From Burkholderiales bacterium (GTDB lineage: Bacteria > Pseudomonadota > Gammaproteobacteria > Burkholderiales > Ga0077523), in assembly GCA_022843925.1 (NCBI GenBank), contig JALHMS010000022.1:19083-83082 (forward strand): a stretch of DNA of 64,000 nt, read 5' to 3'. The notes beneath the pieces are model-generated. The model was not told the DNA's origin, did not search any database, and saw only the letters and a program-made list of their open reading frames with translations. A program made the position numbers and the translations under genes. Positions 42,346 to 52,586 of this stretch are shown piece after piece (position 1 is the first letter of the stretch; each line of letters begins with the position of its first letter).

Positions 42346-43482
42346 ATGGCTACGAAGAAGTCCGCCGTCGGTACCAGCGAGCCCAAGGCTCGCAAGCCCG
42401 CGCTCGTGGCGGCGAAGCGCAAGGTGAGCGCTGCCACCCCCAGCCCGGCCGGGCTGCTGGCCGAGATTCGAACGCTGATCCTGCAAGCGCGCCAGACGGT
42501 GGCACAGGGCGTCAATTCGGCCCTGGTGCTGCTGTACTGGCAGATCGGCCACCGCATCCGCACCGATGTTCTGAAGGCGAAGCGGGCGGACTACGGTCAG
42601 CAGATCGTCCACGCGCTGAGTGGAAAATTGACGGCCGAGTTCGGGCGCGGCTTCACCATGAGCAACCTGTTCAACATGGTTCGCTGCGCAGAGGCCTTTC
42701 CCGATGCGAAGATCTTGCACGCACTGAGTGCAAATTTGAGCTGGACGCATCTGCGCCGGATCATCTATCTGGACGACCCGCTCCAGCGCGATTTCTATGC
42801 GGAGATGTGCCGTCTGGAACGCTGGAGCACGCGCACGCTGCACGAGAGGATCCAGAGCATGCTGTACGAACGCACGGCGCTGTCGAAGAAACCCGACAAG
42901 CTGATCGCGGCCGAGCTGAAGAAGCTGCGCGACGACGGCAGGCTGTCGCCGGACCTCGTGTTTCGCGACCCCTACCTGCTGGACTTCCTGGGCCTGAAGG
43001 ACACCTATTCCGAGCAGGACCTCGAGGCAGCGATCCTGCGTGAGATCGAGGCCTTCATGCTGGAGATCGGCGCGGGCTTCTGCTTCGTCGCCCGACAGAA
43101 GCGCATGCAGATCGATGGCCGCGACTACTACCTCGACCTGCTCTTCTATCACCGCAAGCTGCGTCGGCTGGTGGCTGTCGAACTGAAGGTGGGCGACTTC
43201 GAAGCGGCGGACAAGGGCCAGATGGAGCTGTACCTGTCCTGGCTCGCGCGACACGAGTGCGAGCCCGGCGAAGCCGAGCCGCTGGGCATGATCCTGTGCG
43301 CAGGCAAGAGCGACGAGCATGTCGAACTGATGGACCTGCAGAAGAGCGGCATCCACCTGGCCAGCTACCTGACGCGACTGCTGCCCAGGAGGCAACTGGT
43401 GAAGAAGCTGCACGAGGCCGTGCGTCTGGCGAGGCAGCGGCTGCGCGCCGGACAGAATGGCAGCATCGAGGGATCGGCATGA
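42346..43482 (+). CDS. DUF1016/YhcG PD-(D/E)XK nuclease-like protein
   Basis: LYWQIG, LSWTH, FRDPYLLDFL, DLLFYHRKLRRLVAVELK, GQMELYL. Confidence 0.9.
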   Translation: MATKKSAVGTSEPKARKPALVAAKRKVSAATPSPAGLLAEIRTLILQARQTVAQGVNSALVLLYWQIGHRIRTDVLKAKRADYGQQIVHALSGKLTAEFGRGFTMSNLFNMVRCAEAFPDAKILHALSANLSWTHLRRIIYLDDPLQRDFYAEMCRLERWSTRTLHERIQSMLYERTALSKKPDKLIAAELKKLRDDGRLSPDLVFRDPYLLDFLGLKDTYSEQDLEAAILREIEAFMLEIGAGFCFVARQKRMQIDGRDYYLDLLFYHRKLRRLVAVELKVGDFEAADKGQMELYLSWLARHECEPGEAEPLGMILCAGKSDEHVELMDLQKSGIHLASYLTRLLPRRQLVKKLHEAVRLARQRLRAGQNGSIEGSA

Positions 43483-45803
43483 GCGAGACCATCGGACAGC
43501 AGCTTGTCGCAGCCCTCAGGACCGTTGCCCGAGCCTATGCCCCGGGTGACCAGGTGGCCCCCTGCGCGGTGTTGTGGGCAGACCCCGAGCGCCTGTGGGC
43601 TGGCGTGGTGCCCGCGTTGCTGCCGCTGCTCCCCGAGTTGTATCAGCTGGGCACCTACGATCCGCCAACCCGCAGCGGCCCCGCGCTGTGGCTGCGCTGC
43701 ATCGAGGCTCGCCTGGTGGATGGTGCGACTCCGACAGGGACCACGCCCATCCTGTATCTGCCCGGCGTGAGCCGCGAGCAACTGCGCGCAGCGGAGGACT
43801 GCACTTCCGAGCTGGCCCCGCTGGTGGAACTGCAGTTCCGCGGGGGGCTGTGGCTGCACGTGAACGGCAAGGAATGGACGCCTTACGCATTCCTGGTGTC
43901 CAGGCACGGCGGGCTCGACCTGGATGTGGCCCGCGACCAGGCCACCCTGGAGGCACTGGCGGGCGCCCTCCCGACGCTGCTGGCCGAACCCCTCGCACAG
44001 CTGAGGGGCCGGCGGCTCGACGCCGAGTTCTTCAACTCGATGCTGGCGCCGGATGCCACCGGGCTGCTCCTGCGCTGGTTGAGCGACCCCGACGGGTTCA
44101 GGCAGAGCCGATCCGACGCCGAGTGGAAGGCCTTCTGCCAGCAATGCAGGACGGAGGCGGGCTTCGACCCGGTCAAGGAAGGTCCGCTGAAGGCCGCAGG
44201 TCTGCTGGCGGCGCGGTCCAACCACTGGGGCCATGTGTGGCGGCGGTTCGCCGAATCGCCGGCCAACTACCCCGGCATCGTCGAGTGGCTCACCCGCGCC
44301 GCACCGAAGAGCCCGGGGATGTTCGACTCGGCCGAGACGTGGCCGAGCATCAACGAGAAGGAAGAGCAGGCCCTGAAGGAGGCCCTGGAGGCACTTGCCG
44401 ATAGACCTCAGGGCGACGTGATCCGACAGCTGGCCGAGCTGGAACGCCGCCACGCCGAACGCCGGCGTCATCCGTGGCAGAAGCTGGGACTCAGTCCGCT
44501 CGCCACGGCGCTCGCCCCACTGGCACAACTCGCCGGGCTGTGTGCTGCGCCGCCCGGGGCGCCGGCGCCCGAGGCCTTCGCCGCCGCGTATGCCGGCGGT
44601 GGCTGGCGTGTGGACGCAGCCGCACTGGCTGCCATGGCGGCCAGCAGCGCACCGGAGGTACAGGAGGCAGTGCTGGGCACGCTCCGGGCGGTCTACCTGC
44701 CCTGGCTGGAAAGCACGTCTCGCCATCTGCAGCAGTTGATTCATGCCCAGGGGCAATCGGTGTCGCGACGCCATGCGCCGATCGACGCGATGCCCGGGCG
44801 GCTGGTGTTGTTCGCGGACGGCCTGCGGATGGACGTGGCACAGCAGCTGGCCGACGCCCTGGCTGCCGATGGCATTACGTCGTCGCAAGACTGGGAGTGG
44901 TCGGCGATTCCTTCGGTGACGGCCACGGCGAAGCCCGCTGCATCGCCGGTCGCAGACGCCTTTCACGGTGGAGCTCCGGAGGACGAGTTCGGCGCGCGAC
45001 TGACGGCCACCGGTCAGTTGCTGACACAGAGCCGCTTCCTCGACACGCTTACGTCGCGCGGCTGGCAGTGCCTGGCCGCCGGCGAGATCGGCAACCCGGT
45101 CGGGTCCGCCTGGACCGAGGCGGGCTCGCTGGACAAGCGGGGGCATACCGAGGGATGGAAGCTCGCCCGCAGCGTGGCGTCCGAGGTCCAGGACCTGGCG
45201 AGCCGAATCCGCACGCTGCTGCACGCGGGATGGACCGAGGTGGTGGTGGTCACCGACCACGGCTGGCTGCTGATGCCCGGTGGCTTGCCCAAGGTCGAAT
45301 TGAAGGCCTTCCTGACCGAGACCCGCTGGACCCGATGTGCTGCGCTGAAGGCCGAAGCACAGACCGATGCCCAGGCCTTCAAGTGGTATTGGAACCCCGC
45401 GGTGATGATGGCCAGCCCCCCTGGCGCGGGCAGCTACCGCGCCAACATCGAGTACTCGCATGGCGGCGTGTCGCTGCAGGAACTCGTGACGCCGGTGTTG
45501 CGCATCTCGGCAGTCCCGGCTGCGGGCGCCGCTGCCCGCCTGCTCGAGGCCAGGTGGACAGGCGCCAAGTGCCGCGTATCGGTGGGCGGCGAGGGTACCG
45601 GCATGAGGGTGGACATTCGCGCCAGCCAGACCGACCCGAACACCTCGCTGCTGACCGACAAGCAGGCACGCGAGATCACAGCCGATGGCAAGGTCACTGT
45701 CTTCCTCGAGGACGACGCCGACATCGGCAAGCCGGCGGAAGTCGTACTGCTAGATGCGTCAGGACAGGTGATCCACGCACTGCCCACCACTTTGGGAAAC
45801 TGA
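43479..45803 (+). CDS. pglZ: BREX PglZ phosphatase-family protein
   Basis: LFADGLRMD, PSVTATAK, VVTDHGW, YSHGGVSLQE. Confidence 0.92.
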   Translation: MSETIGQQLVAALRTVARAYAPGDQVAPCAVLWADPERLWAGVVPALLPLLPELYQLGTYDPPTRSGPALWLRCIEARLVDGATPTGTTPILYLPGVSREQLRAAEDCTSELAPLVELQFRGGLWLHVNGKEWTPYAFLVSRHGGLDLDVARDQATLEALAGALPTLLAEPLAQLRGRRLDAEFFNSMLAPDATGLLLRWLSDPDGFRQSRSDAEWKAFCQQCRTEAGFDPVKEGPLKAAGLLAARSNHWGHVWRRFAESPANYPGIVEWLTRAAPKSPGMFDSAETWPSINEKEEQALKEALEALADRPQGDVIRQLAELERRHAERRRHPWQKLGLSPLATALAPLAQLAGLCAAPPGAPAPEAFAAAYAGGGWRVDAAALAAMAASSAPEVQEAVLGTLRAVYLPWLESTSRHLQQLIHAQGQSVSRRHAPIDAMPGRLVLFADGLRMDVAQQLADALAADGITSSQDWEWSAIPSVTATAKPAASPVADAFHGGAPEDEFGARLTATGQLLTQSRFLDTLTSRGWQCLAAGEIGNPVGSAWTEAGSLDKRGHTEGWKLARSVASEVQDLASRIRTLLHAGWTEVVVVTDHGWLLMPGGLPKVELKAFLTETRWTRCAALKAEAQTDAQAFKWYWNPAVMMASPPGAGSYRANIEYSHGGVSLQELVTPVLRISAVPAAGAAARLLEARWTGAKCRVSVGGEGTGMRVDIRASQTDPNTSLLTDKQAREITADGKVTVFLEDDADIGKPAEVVLLDASGQVIHALPTTLGN

Positions 45804-45807
45804 GTCC

Positions 45808-47859
45808 ATGAGTCAACAACTCGACCCTATCGACACGATCGCCACCCGGGCCTTCGAAGGCTACGTGGTGAGGAAGGACCTGGTGCGCAGGTTCAAGGGC
45901 CAGTACCCCGTTCCAACCTACGTGGCGGAATTTCTTCTGGGGCGCTACTGCGCATCGGTGGACGAGGAAGAGATCGCCGAGGGGCTGAAGATCGTCGAGC
46001 GTCAGCTGGGCGAAAAGACCGTGCGCGCAGGCGAGCAGGAACTGTTCAAGGCCCGGGCGAAGGAGAAGGGCCACGTCAAGCTCATTGACATCATCACCGC
46101 CCGCTTGGATTCGGGAACCGATTCCTTCGTGGCCACGCTACCCAGCTTGCAGTTGAAGGACGTGCGCATCAGCGAGGCGATGGTGCACGCCAACGAGCGC
46201 ATGCTGACCGGCGGCTTCTATGCCGAGGTGGAACTGTCCTACGACCCAACCATCGCCCAGGAGAGGAATGGCCGCCCGTTCGGCGTGGATTCGCTGCGCG
46301 AGATCCAGCTGTCCAAGCGTGACGTACTGCCAGCGCTGTACAAGGGGCGTGAAGCCTTCGCGACCGAGGAATGGAAGGACTTCCTGATCCGCAGCGTAGG
46401 CATGGAGCCCGAGCAGCTGACGCCGCGCGCACGCGACATGATGCTGCTGCGAATGGCGCCCTTCGTCGAGCGCAACTACAACATTGTTGAACTGGGGCCG
46501 CGAGGCACCGGCAAGAGCCACCTGTTTCAACAGGTCTCGCCCTACGCACACCTGATTTCTGGCGGCAAGGCGACGGTGGCGCGCATGTTCGTCAACAACC
46601 AGAACGGCCAGCGCGGCCTGGTGTGCCAGTACGACGTGGTCTGCTTCGACGAGATCTCGGGTGTGTCCTTCGACCAGAAGGACGGCGTCAACATCATGAA
46701 GGGCTACATGGAGTCCGGGGAGTTCAGCCGGGGCAAGGAGAGCATCCGCGCCGAGGGTGGTGTCGTGATGGTGGGCAACTTCGACGTGGACGTGCAGCAC
46801 CAACAGCGCGTCGGCCATCTGTTCGGCCCGCTGCCACCCGAGATGCGCGACGACACCGCATTCATGGACCGGATCCACGCCTATCTTCCGGGATGGGACC
46901 TGCCCAAGGTGAATCGGGACCTGCTGACCAACCGCTTCGGACTGGTCAGCGACTTCCTTTCAGAATGCTGGAACCAGCTGCGCAAGCAGAGCAGGCAAGG
47001 TGTTCTACAAGGGCGCGTGCACCTGGGCGGCGCGCTGAGCGGTCGCGACACGACCGGTGTTCAGAAGACGGTCAGCGGGCTGATCAAACTGGTGTCGCCG
47101 AACCCCGAAGTGCCGGTTTCCGACGAGGTGCTGGAGTGGGCGTTGCGGTTGGCGCTGGAGTGCCGCCGGCGGGTGAAGGAGCAGCAGAAGCGAATCGGCT
47201 CTGCCGAGTTCCGCAACACGCAGTTCAGTTACTCGATGGGCGACGACGGCGTCGAAAAGTTCGTGGCAACGCCGGAGCTATACAGCGAGAGCAGCATCGG
47301 CAGTGACCCTCTGCCGCCTGGACAGGCCTGGATTGTCTCGGCTGGGGGCGGCGACGAAAACCCTGGGCTGTACCAGGTGGACGTCACCGGGGGGCCTGGC
47401 AGCGGCGTCAAGATCCTTAACCAGCCCGCCCCGCCTCCGTTCCGCGAAAGCGTTCGCTGCGCCGAGCAGAACCTCTACACCCGCGCGAAGGAACTGGTCG
47501 GGGATCGCGAGCCGCGACAACATGAGTTCTCGGTACAGCTACGTGCATTCGACAGCGCCAAGAGCGGTTCCGCCGTGGGCGTTGGTGTGCTGCTCGCCTT
47601 GTGCTCGTCGCTGCTCCAGAAGAGCATCAAAGGCGGCCTCGTCGTCACCGGCGGCTTGAACCTCGGCGGGTCATTGGAGCCGATCTTCAACCCCGTGTCG
47701 GTGGTCGAAGTCGCCGTCGAGAAGGGCGCCGGGAGCATCCTGATGCCGATCAGCAGTCGCCGGCAGTTGAACGACTTGCCGGACGACGTCGCAGCGAAAA
47801 TCACGATCCTCTACTACCTGGATGCGCGCGACGCGCTGTTGAAGGCGCTGGTGGAGTGA
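45808..47859 (+). CDS. brxL: BREX Lon-like AAA+ protein BrxL
   Basis: ELGPRGTGKS, DVVCFDE, MESGEFSRG, C-terminal Lon-like domain. Confidence 0.94.
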   Translation: MSQQLDPIDTIATRAFEGYVVRKDLVRRFKGQYPVPTYVAEFLLGRYCASVDEEEIAEGLKIVERQLGEKTVRAGEQELFKARAKEKGHVKLIDIITARLDSGTDSFVATLPSLQLKDVRISEAMVHANERMLTGGFYAEVELSYDPTIAQERNGRPFGVDSLREIQLSKRDVLPALYKGREAFATEEWKDFLIRSVGMEPEQLTPRARDMMLLRMAPFVERNYNIVELGPRGTGKSHLFQQVSPYAHLISGGKATVARMFVNNQNGQRGLVCQYDVVCFDEISGVSFDQKDGVNIMKGYMESGEFSRGKESIRAEGGVVMVGNFDVDVQHQQRVGHLFGPLPPEMRDDTAFMDRIHAYLPGWDLPKVNRDLLTNRFGLVSDFLSECWNQLRKQSRQGVLQGRVHLGGALSGRDTTGVQKTVSGLIKLVSPNPEVPVSDEVLEWALRLALECRRRVKEQQKRIGSAEFRNTQFSYSMGDDGVEKFVATPELYSESSIGSDPLPPGQAWIVSAGGGDENPGLYQVDVTGGPGSGVKILNQPAPPPFRESVRCAEQNLYTRAKELVGDREPRQHEFSVQLRAFDSAKSGSAVGVGVLLALCSSLLQKSIKGGLVVTGGLNLGGSLEPIFNPVSVVEVAVEKGAGSILMPISSRRQLNDLPDDVAAKITILYYLDARDALLKALVE

Positions 47860-48060
47860 GTTCAGCCTCGCTCAGCGGAGCCCTGAGAGACAGGGTGCGA
47901 GCGCAGGGCATGAACTGCATGGCAGCGATGCGTGTGTCTTCCTCCGACTTTGACTAGTGACGTCACTGCCTCATGGGTCAACCAGATCTCGGAGCGATTC
48001 CTGTCGGGGTATGCATGAAACGGCCGGGCGGGCTGTGACAAGACACTTGACCAAGGAGGG

Positions 48061-50658
48061 ATGGAGGTCATGAAGTTTCTGTTCGACGAGGAGTTTCTTC
48101 GCTCCGTTAGCGATCTGTACAACAAAGGAGGGAAGTTCCAGAAGGCAGCCACTGCAGTACAGGCCGTAATGGGGCGAGCAAGCGGTGGCGGGTCGCTTCA
48201 AGACGTATTCAAGGGATTGGTGGTGACAAACCACGGTGAGAGCCGGATCGATCACTGCGTGAAGTACGACCTCACAGGATTTGCTCGGTTGGTCACGGTG
48301 AACCAAGAGCATGTCTGCGTTCTGTTGTTTGCCGGAGATCACGATGCAACAGATAGATGGTTAGAGCGTAACCGCGGCCGACGATTCGTCTTCCGGAAGG
48401 AAGGCGAAACCGCAGTGGTGGAAACAGTCAAGATCGCAGGCCCGCCTCAAGGGGATGCGGGCACCGTTACCGGTCGAATCGATTTTCGTACGGGCAGTCT
48501 TGTAAGCCATCTTCCGGAACGCTACTGGAGGCATCTCTCCGGGGCCCTTGAAGACGACACGCGGCGTGATGCGGAAGCACTCGTGTCAATTTCCACGGAC
48601 AGTGATATTGAGGCGGTCTGCCTGCAAGTCAAAGACAGTTCGGTTCAGAATACGTTGATGGAGGTTCTTCTGGCGTTGCGAGCCGGTGACGTCGTCAATG
48701 CGAAGGTACATATCGACCTTCACACTACTGCCGCCAAGCCGCTGACAGCTATTTCGGATGCCGACGCTGACGCACTTGAGTCAGGAACCTCCGTAGTGGT
48801 TGCCAACGACGTGGATCCCGAGCTTTTCGATCACTTCGTCAAGACGGCATCCTTCGAGAAGTGGATGCTCTATCTTCATCCCAAGCAACGCGAACATGTT
48901 CAGCGGGATTTCAACGGCTCGGCGCGCCTGGCTGGCGTGAGTGGCTCCGGGAAAACCTGCGTGGTCGTTCACCGTGCACTACGACTCGCCAGAGTTCACT
49001 CAGATCAACGGGTGCTGCTGGTGACGCTTAGCGGCGCGCTCGCGGGCTTGCTTAATCGCCTTATTGATGCGCAGTGCGGAGAGTTGCGACCAAAGAATCT
49101 TCGGGTCGTGTCGATCTTCGACCTCTGCCAAGAGATGCTCTTCAAGTTCGACCCGTCTATAAAGAACCATCTTGTGAAGAAGACGGTCGTTCCCAATGCG
49201 TTTGCGCAATCAGAGCATGTCGATGAAGTCTGGAGGGAGTACTTCTACTGCGAGAACAACAACAATGACGCTGAAGTGCTCAGCGATCTCGTGAAGCATC
49301 TCAACGCGCGTGGGGTGTATGCAAATGACTACATCAGGCAGGAGTTCGACTACATCCGAAGCGCCTTTTCGCCGGATCGGCGGGAGGACTACCTCAAGGC
49401 GGATCGACACGGCAGGATTGTCCCACTACTAGCGCAGTCGCGGCAGCAAGCTCTCGCGGGCCTGCAAGGCTGGGAAGCAAAGATGGCGGCGGTGGGCGTA
49501 ATCGATGATTTGGGGATCGTCGCAGCTCTGCACAAGCATCTTCACCAGATTGATCCTGAGTATCGTTGTGTCCTGGTCGATGAAGCACAGGACCTAGGAA
49601 CGCTGGAACTCGCCATTCTTCGTAAACTGGTTCCGCCCGGAGAGAACGATCTCTTCCTGTGCGGCGATGCAGCGCAGACGATTCACACGAAACTGTCGGA
49701 CCTCAAGGCTGCTGGCATCACGTTGGCCAGCACTACGGTGCGCCTTGATCAGAACTATCGAAACAGCAAAGAGATTCTCCAGGCCGCGCATACAGTGCTT
49801 CGGCAGTCGATCGGGAAGATGCCAAAGGATTTTCCGGATCTTGACGTCTTGGCCCCGGAGTTTGCGAGTTTCTCGTCGCCGAAACCGCTGATTCTAAAGG
49901 GCGCCTCCGTCGTCGATGAAGTAGCTCGAGGCATCAGCTTTCTGGTCGACTACGCCGAGGATCAGCCAGAAACGCACCGCTATTGCCTTGTGCTGTGCGG
50001 ATTCGGCCAAAGAGCGATCGAGGTTCTCGGGGACACAATCTCGTGGCCCGTGCTCTCATCGCGTGTGGACGTTCGTAGTGCACGTATGTTCCTGTCGGAC
50101 TTAGAGCAGACCAAGGGCTTTGAGTTTGATGCCGTAGTGATCGTTAACTGCAATTGGGGAACCATTCCCCATCCGAATCTTCCGGAAGAGGAGTCGTTCA
50201 GAGACCTTTGCAGGCTCTACGTTGCGATGACGCGTGCAAAGACGCAGCTAGCCATAACGTACAGTGGGCAGATGTCAACGTTCCTCGATGCAGCGCGGGC
50301 CTGCTTTACCGAGGCGAATCTAGACGACTATGCGGAACCCGCGTTCGAGGGTGCTATCTCCCTGCCGCCACCGGACCTTCCAGAGCTGCTCGATCAAGAG
50401 GCGTGGGGAAGGCATGGCAAAGGGTTCCTACGATCACGAGACGCGGTGGGATTGGACCTGGGATTGCAGGACGAGATACTCGACCACGTGACGGGACAAG
50501 AGACGCTCAGAGGGCCCAACAAGAAGCAGATTGCGTGGAAAACGTTCGGCGGATTTATCAATGCGATGGTGGCGCCAAAGAAGCGATTCCAGATTTTGAG
50601 CAGCGAGGCTTGGGAGCGGTTGGAGCATCATGTCGAACTTTTGAAGAGCGAGCGTTAG
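48061..50658 (+). CDS. UvrD/SF1 helicase with putative RelE-like N-terminal domain
   Basis: GVSGSGKT, DEAQD, GDAAQ, QNYRN, KGFEFD, LYVAMTRA; lower GC than BREX. Confidence 0.88.
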   Translation: MEVMKFLFDEEFLRSVSDLYNKGGKFQKAATAVQAVMGRASGGGSLQDVFKGLVVTNHGESRIDHCVKYDLTGFARLVTVNQEHVCVLLFAGDHDATDRWLERNRGRRFVFRKEGETAVVETVKIAGPPQGDAGTVTGRIDFRTGSLVSHLPERYWRHLSGALEDDTRRDAEALVSISTDSDIEAVCLQVKDSSVQNTLMEVLLALRAGDVVNAKVHIDLHTTAAKPLTAISDADADALESGTSVVVANDVDPELFDHFVKTASFEKWMLYLHPKQREHVQRDFNGSARLAGVSGSGKTCVVVHRALRLARVHSDQRVLLVTLSGALAGLLNRLIDAQCGELRPKNLRVVSIFDLCQEMLFKFDPSIKNHLVKKTVVPNAFAQSEHVDEVWREYFYCENNNNDAEVLSDLVKHLNARGVYANDYIRQEFDYIRSAFSPDRREDYLKADRHGRIVPLLAQSRQQALAGLQGWEAKMAAVGVIDDLGIVAALHKHLHQIDPEYRCVLVDEAQDLGTLELAILRKLVPPGENDLFLCGDAAQTIHTKLSDLKAAGITLASTTVRLDQNYRNSKEILQAAHTVLRQSIGKMPKDFPDLDVLAPEFASFSSPKPLILKGASVVDEVARGISFLVDYAEDQPETHRYCLVLCGFGQRAIEVLGDTISWPVLSSRVDVRSARMFLSDLEQTKGFEFDAVVIVNCNWGTIPHPNLPEEESFRDLCRLYVAMTRAKTQLAITYSGQMSTFLDAARACFTEANLDDYAEPAFEGAISLPPPDLPELLDQEAWGRHGKGFLRSRDAVGLDLGLQDEILDHVTGQETLRGPNKKQIAWKTFGGFINAMVAPKKRFQILSSEAWERLEHHVELLKSER

Positions 50659-51188
50659 GGCGGCGGTTGGCGTAGATCGCACCCAGGCCCCTATGCCATG
50701 GCTCTGATCAGTACCTAGTTCCGAACTTCAGCCTCAGCCCGACCGCGACATCTATCACCCGCGAGTCACCAGTGGTGCTTTCCCTCCCAATCTCGCTGCA
50801 GTATTCCAACTTCGCGCGCGGACGCAGGTTCTGGGAGAGGTTGGTGACGGCGCACGCACCGTGCACCGTCACCCATCCAGTTTCTCGCGCAGGGCGTCTT
50901 CGCAGGCCCTTTCGCTGAGGACTTCGGACTCAGTAAGCCCGGCTCACTGCGCCGACGCCGCCTTGGAGGCCGCCCCCGGAGGGTTGGCTGCGTATTCCGG
51001 CGAACGTGACCGCCCAGCCGGGAAACGTGAACAAGGTGCGATGCAGCAATCACGCAGGATCGGCTTGCGGTGCTCCTGGGCACCTCCAGGTTTGCGAAAA
51101 CATGAGGGCGGGTTTTCAGCGACGGCGTGGCCGTGAGGATCCCTGCGCCCGAGTGCGCTCCCGTATATGCACCCCCGGCCGTGCCCCC

Positions 51189-51575
51189 TCACCGCCCCGG
51201 CACCACATAAATCCTCTTCCCCGAATGCGGATTCCCCGCCCCATACGGGTTGTTGATGCTGTCGGGCGAGAAGAGGCTTCCATAGCGCCCATACGGGTTC
51301 GATGTGGAGTCCGGGTCGTAGGGGTTGGCGCTCAGCCGCCCGCGATAGTTGCCGTCCTGGTCGTACAGCCGCGGGGCGTCGGTCGCGTAGGGGTTGGTGT
51401 GCGATCGATTGCTGTAGGGGCTGCCGTACTCGCTGTACGGATTCATCAGCCCGTCCGCCTTGTAGGGGCTGCCGGCGCCGTAGGGGTTGTCGAGGCACGC
51501 CGGGTCGTACGGGCATACCGCACCAGCTTCCGCGCAGGCCAGTGCGACGATCAGTGCGGCGATCGATGTCTTCAT
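51189..51575 (-). CDS. Small secreted protein with NPY(G) repeats
   Basis: Signal peptide; NPY occurs six times. Confidence 0.75.
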   Translation of the reverse strand: MKTSIAALIVALACAEAGAVCPYDPACLDNPYGAGSPYKADGLMNPYSEYGSPYSNRSHTNPYATDAPRLYDQDGNYRGRLSANPYDPDSTSNPYGRYGSLFSPDSINNPYGAGNPHSGKRIYVVPGR

Positions 51576-51676
51576 GCGGGGTTCCTCCGTCGAGGGGATT
51601 CGTGTTGCCGGAACGCGCGCTCATCGCACCCGTTCCGGCGTTCCGTTGCGATCCTGCGTGACGCCAGGTGCCGACC

Positions 51677-52300
51677 TCAGAACCCCAACTCGAGGCCCAC
51701 CCCGACGAGGATCACCCGCGAGTCACCCGTGGTGCTCTCCTTCCCGATCTTGTTGAAATACTCCAGCTCGGCACGCAGGCGCAGGTTCGGTGTGAGGTTC
51801 GTGATGACGCCCACGCCGAGCAGCGGGGTCCAGCCGGTGTCGGACGCGGAGACGGTCACCCCGAAGCCACTCCCCGTGGACTTGACGTCCCAAAAGGCTA
51901 TGCCGCCTTTCGCCATCAGCGATGTATCCCCGGTGATGGGCAGGTAGCCGTTGGCGGTCAGGCCGAAGGCCTTCGCGTCGACCTCGGCGGTGATGCTGCC
52001 GGAGTTCGGCGCGAGCAGCGTGACGCGCGCTTCGTAGTTGCCGAGCGTGCCGTAGTGGGCCTCGATGCCGAAGTGCTTGTCGAAGCGATACCCGCCGTAG
52101 AGCCGGGCGGTTCCCGAGGTGACCTCGAGCGTCGTCAGGTTGGGCGCGCCGATGGAATTCGCGACCTCCTGGGCATCTCCTTCGACGCGCGCGACGCCGA
52201 GCCCGACACCAACGTAGGGGCCGATGTTGTCGGCGGCGATGCTCGCGGCGGGAACCGCCAGGGCTGCGAGGGTGAATGGGGTCAGGAATAGTCTGCGCAT
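51677..52300 (-). CDS. Outer membrane beta-barrel protein (OmpA-like TM domain)
   Basis: Signal peptide, YGGYRF..HFGIE, alternating beta strands, C-terminal F; start at ATG 52300. Confidence 0.85.
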   Translation of the reverse strand: MRRLFLTPFTLAALAVPAASIAADNIGPYVGVGLGVARVEGDAQEVANSIGAPNLTTLEVTSGTARLYGGYRFDKHFGIEAHYGTLGNYEARVTLLAPNSGSITAEVDAKAFGLTANGYLPITGDTSLMAKGGIAFWDVKSTGSGFGVTVSASDTGWTPLLGVGVITNLTPNLRLRAELEYFNKIGKESTTGDSRVILVGVGLELGF

Positions 52301-52427
52301 GGTGGGCTCCGGTCTCAGGTGTTGGACATGACGGTGCCGAGGCCTGCGGGCGGCGCGTTCCGGTGTGCGCCGAAGGGCGGCACGCGGCGACGTTGCGGGC
52401 ATCTGCCTGACGGAGTATTCGACTGGA

Positions 52428-52518
52428 ACTGCCTCACCAGATGAGGCAGTGGCAACGCGGTTGCGTAGACTCGGGAACATCGCATTCGATCACCCACTGC
52501 CTCATCTGGTGAGTCACT
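52428..52518. promoter_or_regulatory. Two palindromic operators (CTCA-N5-TGAG core) in inverted orientation
   Basis: actgcctca-ccaga-tgaggcagt (52428-52450) and actgcctca-tctgg-tgagtcact (52496-52518). Confidence 0.75.
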
Positions 52519-52586
52519 GGTTGTGGATGATCGGTCGTCTCTTCCACTCCTGACGGGGCCGCGGCGCGCGGGCTCGGAGCCGGACC

